Positions 59,449-64,000 of a stretch of DNA of 64,000 bases are shown piece after piece (within the stretch, counting starts at the first letter, position 1; each line of letters starts with the position of its first letter). The DNA comes from Minisyncoccia bacterium (GTDB lineage: Bacteria > Patescibacteriota > Minisyncoccia > SW-4-49-11). Under the pieces are notes generated by a model that was given only the letters and a program-made list of their open reading frames with translations, was not told the origin of the DNA and made no database searches. A program made the position numbers and the translations under genes. Where the stretch lies: assembly GCA_044341565.1 (NCBI GenBank), contig JBIIRM010000004.1, forward strand, positions 8,764 to 72,763, given 5' to 3'.

Positions 59449-60843
59449 TTATTCATTGTTGTTTTGCTGATGGCGATAATCAAGATTAATAAAGGTTGCA
59501 TATTCTTTTTTGAATCCTAAGGTTACTTTCCCAATAGGTCCATTTCGTTGTTTGGCTATATGAATTTCCGCTATACCTTTACGTTCTGTATCGGGGTTTT
59601 CTCGCTCTTCACGATAAATGAATAATACGACATCGGCATCTTGCTCAATAGATCCTGATTCCCTAAGATCAGATAATCTTGGGATTTGTGGAGTTCGACT
59701 TTCTACAGAACGAGATAGCTGTGATAAAGCTACTACGGGGACATTGAATTCTCGGGCAAGAGATTTCAGGGAACGAGATATTTCAGATACCTGTTGTACC
59801 ATATTGTCATTCTTGATACTGGATTCCATCAATTGAAGATAATCTACTACGACAAGTCCTAACTCATCTACTTCGGCGAGAATTCTTCGCAATATAGCTC
59901 TCATTTTCATAACACTACTTCCTGGGCTATCTTCTATGAATAGCTGAGACTTTGATAAAGAGTCAAGAGCCGGAGCTAATTGTTCAAAATCCTGAGGATG
60001 AAGTTTTCCTGTTTTCATCTTGAACAAATCTACGCGAGCCTCAGAGCTAATAAGTCTATCTACTACTTCTTCTTTTGACATTTCAAGACTAAAGAATACT
60101 GCCCCTTTACCAGAAGTAATAGCTACATTTTTGATAATCTCAAGAGCAAGAGAAGTTTTTCCTACCGATGGTCTAGCGGCTAGAATTACGAGATTAGAAG
60201 GTTGCAATCCTCCAAGAGCATTATCCAGAGCTTCAAAGCCTGTTTTAACTCCTTTCATCCCAATCCCATTATTATGTACATCATCAATACGGTCAAAAGC
60301 ATCGTGAAGGGCATCACTCATTTTGACATATTCCTGCTTTACAATTTTTTGCGCTACACTAAATACTGCCTGTTCTGCTTGATCTAATACATGATCAATT
60401 TCTTGTGTTTCATCAAATCCAAGTTCCACAATGGAAGAACCAACTGCAATCAAACGCCGTAAGGTTGATTTATGTTTTACGGTATAGGCATAATGTTCAA
60501 TATGGGCTGAGGATGGTACTAAATCCACAAGATGAGCTAGATATTCTTCTCCCCCAACTTTATCTAATTCTCCAATTAATTCTAATTTATGAGTTACTGT
60601 TAATAAATCTATAGGTTCTTTGCGATTGAATAATTCAATCATCATTTGATAAATGATCCCATTTTTCTCATGATAAAAATCATCTTGAACCAGAATATCT
60701 ACAATTTTGATAAGAGAATCTGATTCTATTAAAATTGCACCCAAAACAGATTCCTCCATATCCACTGCCTGCGGAGGAATTTTATTATGAAGTACTGGCT
60801 TCTTGTCTTCATATTTCTTGGCTGATTTCTGTATGGTTGCCAT
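59449..60843 (-). CDS. dnaB: Replicative DNA helicase
   Basis: AARPSVGKT, FSLEM, VDYLQLM, LSDLRESGSIEQDAD, KQRNGP; no intein. Confidence 0.98.
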   Translation of the reverse strand: MATIQKSAKKYEDKKPVLHNKIPPQAVDMEESVLGAILIESDSLIKIVDILVQDDFYHEKNGIIYQMMIELFNRKEPIDLLTVTHKLELIGELDKVGGEEYLAHLVDLVPSSAHIEHYAYTVKHKSTLRRLIAVGSSIVELGFDETQEIDHVLDQAEQAVFSVAQKIVKQEYVKMSDALHDAFDRIDDVHNNGIGMKGVKTGFEALDNALGGLQPSNLVILAARPSVGKTSLALEIIKNVAITSGKGAVFFSLEMSKEEVVDRLISSEARVDLFKMKTGKLHPQDFEQLAPALDSLSKSQLFIEDSPGSSVMKMRAILRRILAEVDELGLVVVDYLQLMESSIKNDNMVQQVSEISRSLKSLAREFNVPVVALSQLSRSVESRTPQIPRLSDLRESGSIEQDADVVLFIYREERENPDTERKGIAEIHIAKQRNGPIGKVTLGFKKEYATFINLDYRHQQNNNE

Positions 60844-60848
60844 AATAC

Positions 60849-62540
60849 CTACATTTCATCTAAAGGCTCTATTGTCAAAAGTCCTAGTCCTTGTTTTAAT
60901 ATACCATTGACTCGCTGTAATAGATATAGACGATTATTTTTTATTTTCTCATCACTTTCTTTTAAAATTGGAGTAGAGTGATAATAAGAATTCATGAGTT
61001 CTGCCAATTCATACAGATAGTGGGCAATATGAGATGGGTCATATTCTCGAGCTGAATAATCTCTGATTTCACTAAATTTAGCTAATTTGATAATAATTTG
61101 GCCCTCAGTATCATTAAAGGCAATACCCTCATCATAAGATTCAGGAATATGAGAGGCTTTTTGTACTAAAGAATTGATTCGAGCATAGGTATAGAGAATA
61201 TAAGGTCCAGTTTTACCTGTTAGGCTAATGGAAGAGGAAATATCAAAGACTATATCTTTTTTGGATGATATAGCTAAAATATAATAAATATAACTGGCCC
61301 GAGCAATAAGTTCAATACGACGAGTTTGCTCCTGATCAGATAATGGACTATCTTTGAAATAAATTTCTTTTACATTTTCTTCTATCTCAGCAATAAGTGG
61401 GTCTGCATTAACAATAGTTCCCTTTCTAGAGCTCATTTTACCCTCTGGAAGCCTGAATAATCCATATCCAATATGATATAGCCCTGCTTGTTTTATCCCA
61501 AGTTGTTTGGCTATTGCAAAGATTTGTTGAAATTGCAGATTTTGTGAAAAATCAGTAATATAAATAATCTCATCAGCCCCATAACATTTAGATTTTTCTG
61601 AAAGTCTATATTGTAATAAAGCTAAATCTTGAGTGATATATAAAGCTGTACCCTGAGAGCGTAAAAGAATTTTATTTGGCAATCCAAATTCTTCTAAATC
61701 TGCATAAATATAGTTATCTTCCGGATGTTTTTTGAATATACCGCGAGTAAGTCCATCTTTCACAATATTTTTCCCTTCTTGATAAATATCTGATTCATAT
61801 ATATCTTCCTCAAAAGAAGTTCCTAATTTTCGATAGGTGATTTGCTGTCCTTCTATAACCCAATTTCTGAGCTTAAGCCAAATATCATACCAGTATTTGT
61901 CTCCTGCTTCCCATTTGGTTAATATATCTTGTGCTTCATCTATAAGTTCAGGGTTTTCTTGTGACTTATTCTCAAATTCAATATATAAGTCTCCCGCATA
62001 ATGATCAGATTTACCAGTGGGGATTTCATCCTTATGAAATTTATCGTATATCAACATCATCTTGGCAACAGCAATACCTCTATCATTAATCACTTCGGTT
62101 TTAATAACTTGATGTCCCTCGGAAGATAGAATTCTGTATAATGATTCCCCTAAAGCAATATTACGAATATGTCCTAAATGAAGAGGTTTATTGGTATTAG
62201 GTGAGGCAAATTCAAGAGCAATTTTTTTCTTATGAGTTGATTGTGTAAGTAAGCTATCTCCTATGTGCCACACTAAATACTCTAATTTAATAGTAATATT
62301 GACATAAGCATTTACTATAGTGATGGATTCTATATACTCTATATCTTTGAGATTTTCTTGTAACTCAACAGCTATATCCTGAGGAGATTTTTTAAGAACT
62401 TTTGCAAAAGCAAAACAAGGAATTGCTAAATGTCCAAATTGAGACTCAGGATATTCAAACTCAATTCTGAGAGCCTCATCTATTGATAAAAATACTCGGA
62501 TTTGCTTCTCTAAATCCTCTCTAATCCTCTGTAACTGCAT
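60849..62540 (-). CDS. argS: Arginine--tRNA ligase
   Basis: SPNTNKPLHLGHIRN, KMSSRKG, GPYILYTYAR. Confidence 0.97.
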   Translation of the reverse strand: MQLQRIREDLEKQIRVFLSIDEALRIEFEYPESQFGHLAIPCFAFAKVLKKSPQDIAVELQENLKDIEYIESITIVNAYVNITIKLEYLVWHIGDSLLTQSTHKKKIALEFASPNTNKPLHLGHIRNIALGESLYRILSSEGHQVIKTEVINDRGIAVAKMMLIYDKFHKDEIPTGKSDHYAGDLYIEFENKSQENPELIDEAQDILTKWEAGDKYWYDIWLKLRNWVIEGQQITYRKLGTSFEEDIYESDIYQEGKNIVKDGLTRGIFKKHPEDNYIYADLEEFGLPNKILLRSQGTALYITQDLALLQYRLSEKSKCYGADEIIYITDFSQNLQFQQIFAIAKQLGIKQAGLYHIGYGLFRLPEGKMSSRKGTIVNADPLIAEIEENVKEIYFKDSPLSDQEQTRRIELIARASYIYYILAISSKKDIVFDISSSISLTGKTGPYILYTYARINSLVQKASHIPESYDEGIAFNDTEGQIIIKLAKFSEIRDYSAREYDPSHIAHYLYELAELMNSYYHSTPILKESDEKIKNNRLYLLQRVNGILKQGLGLLTIEPLDEM

Positions 62541-62543
62541 ATC

Positions 62544-63632
62544 TTAAAATAGCTTGATAATATCTTTGGCTGTAACCAATAACATTAATAAGAGTAATAT
62601 ACTATATCCGACTAAATGAAATCTATTCTCAACTTTCTGGCTAACTGGAGATTTTTTAATCCATTCTATAATCACGAATACGATTCGCCCACCATCAAGA
62701 GCTGGTATAGGTAATATATTAAATAATGCTAAACTTGTACTAATAAGACCTATAAAGGTAATAGTATATGTCAATCCTAAATCTTGAAAATCTCCTACAA
62801 TTTGTACTAATCCCACTGGACCTGTCACCTCTGCTTCTGGTGGAAGAGGTGCTCTGGTGAATATACTTGCTATCATTTGCCCAAGTATAGAAAGGGTGGT
62901 AACGACAATAACATAAATTCTCTCAAAGGATAATTTGAATGATTCAAAAAATGATAATTTTTGCAGTCCAGTAAGCGCAGTAGTAATACCCGTAGCTCCT
63001 TGTCCTTCTGGAGGATTTTCTCGAGGTGTAATATTCTTAGTAATAGTCTCATCTCCCCTATTCACCACAATATCTATAGATTTACCTGCATTCTCATTAA
63101 TCACTTGTGAAACTTCTGATTGGGTGACAACTTTGATTCCATCTATTGATTGAATTTCATCTCCGAATCTCAAATCTGCAGCTTTAGCTGGTGAGTCTTC
63201 TGCTACACTTGTTATCAGGGTTGTAACATTACTATATTGCCCAGAATCAATATCTGACTCATTAATTTGAACTTGTGTTCCAAGCATTCCCACAATAGTA
63301 AAGGCTATAACTGCAATAATAATATTCATTATTACTCCTGCTGAGAGTATAGCAATTCTTTGCCATGGTTTTTTGGATGCAAAAGATTCTGGATTATCTC
63401 TATTGTCCCCTTCTTCTCCTAATAGTTTTACATAACCTCCTATTGGGAGTAAATTAATATTATATTCGGTGTCACTCCCTTTGGGTTTGAAACCCCAAAT
63501 TTTAGGAGGAAGTCCAAATCCAAATTCTTCTACCTTTACTCCATTCCACCTAGCAACAATAAAATGACCAAATTCATGACCAATGACTACAATTACGAGT
63601 ATTCCAATAAATAATAAAAGTGTTGTGAGCAT
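62544..63632 (-). CDS. rseP: RIP metalloprotease (site-2 protease, PDZ)
   Basis: HEFGH, PDZ domain, NILPIPALDGG. Confidence 0.95.
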   Translation of the reverse strand: MLTTLLLFIGILVIVVIGHEFGHFIVARWNGVKVEEFGFGLPPKIWGFKPKGSDTEYNINLLPIGGYVKLLGEEGDNRDNPESFASKKPWQRIAILSAGVIMNIIIAVIAFTIVGMLGTQVQINESDIDSGQYSNVTTLITSVAEDSPAKAADLRFGDEIQSIDGIKVVTQSEVSQVINENAGKSIDIVVNRGDETITKNITPRENPPEGQGATGITTALTGLQKLSFFESFKLSFERIYVIVVTTLSILGQMIASIFTRAPLPPEAEVTGPVGLVQIVGDFQDLGLTYTITFIGLISTSLALFNILPIPALDGGRIVFVIIEWIKKSPVSQKVENRFHLVGYSILLLLMLLVTAKDIIKLF

Positions 63633-63633
63633 A

Positions 63634-64000
63634 TTAAATAGTTAAGATATTTTGTTCTTTTTTCTTAGATATTGACTCTAATTCAGCTTGATACTCTTTG
63701 GTATATGTATCAATTTGTTCAAAGTCTTTATATTGTTCATCCTCTGAAATTTCTTTATTCTTGAGTTGATTCTTGACTGTATTGCGAGCTTCATCTCTTA
63801 CTTGCCTTAGGGCAGTTTTGAATTCTTCAGCCTTATGATTCAATTCTTTGACAAGAGCAAGTCTTCTTTCTTCGGTCGGGACAGGTATCACAAGCCTAAC
63901 TCCTGCACTCTCAGAAATAGGATTAAGCCCCAAATGTGTCGCTTGTTGTATGGCCTTCTCAATTCCTGCAATACTTGATTTATCCCATGGGCTAATCATA
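63634..64000 (-). CDS. frr: Ribosome recycling factor (5' partial)
   Basis: SPWDKS, LGLNP, PTEERR, EISEDE. Confidence 0.93.
   Translation of the reverse strand, partial: MISPWDKSSIAGIEKAIQQATHLGLNPISESAGVRLVIPVPTEERRLALVKELNHKAEEFKTALRQVRDEARNTVKNQLKNKEISEDEQYKDFEQIDTYTKEYQAELESISKKKEQNILTI

Overview
AT-rich chromosomal window from a Patescibacteria/CPR (Parcubacteria-like) bacterium using genetic code 11. The assignment rests on short alaS/thrS/rpoB, dimeric GlyRS, TrbC/VirB2-like pilins and an FtsA-like + baseplate-J-like gene pair. It carries core genes (rpoBC, secA, alaS, thrS, glyQS, argS, dnaB, recR, rny, hup, truB, rplS, rpmG, frr), 10 tRNAs and scattered accessory genes and pseudogenes. 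Gene orientation and G/C skew flip at about 32.7-34 kb, which suggests the replication terminus. At that point a perfectly palindromic 11-6-11 dif-like site overlaps the promoter upstream of a lone Xer recombinase gene. Other notable items: two pilins fused to hydrolytic enzymes (alpha/beta hydrolase; M23 peptidase); an amine-oxidase gene inserted between 84-bp direct repeats that supplied its RBS and N-terminus; a ~210-nt GC-rich structured element ending in a copy of the tRNA-Leu 3' end; nested REP-like hairpin repeats; a structured rpoB leader; an Erm-like methyltransferase coupled to an ABC-F gene; and a decaying cytochrome-b5-like paralog trio. All calls come from reading the sequence by eye; no searches were run.
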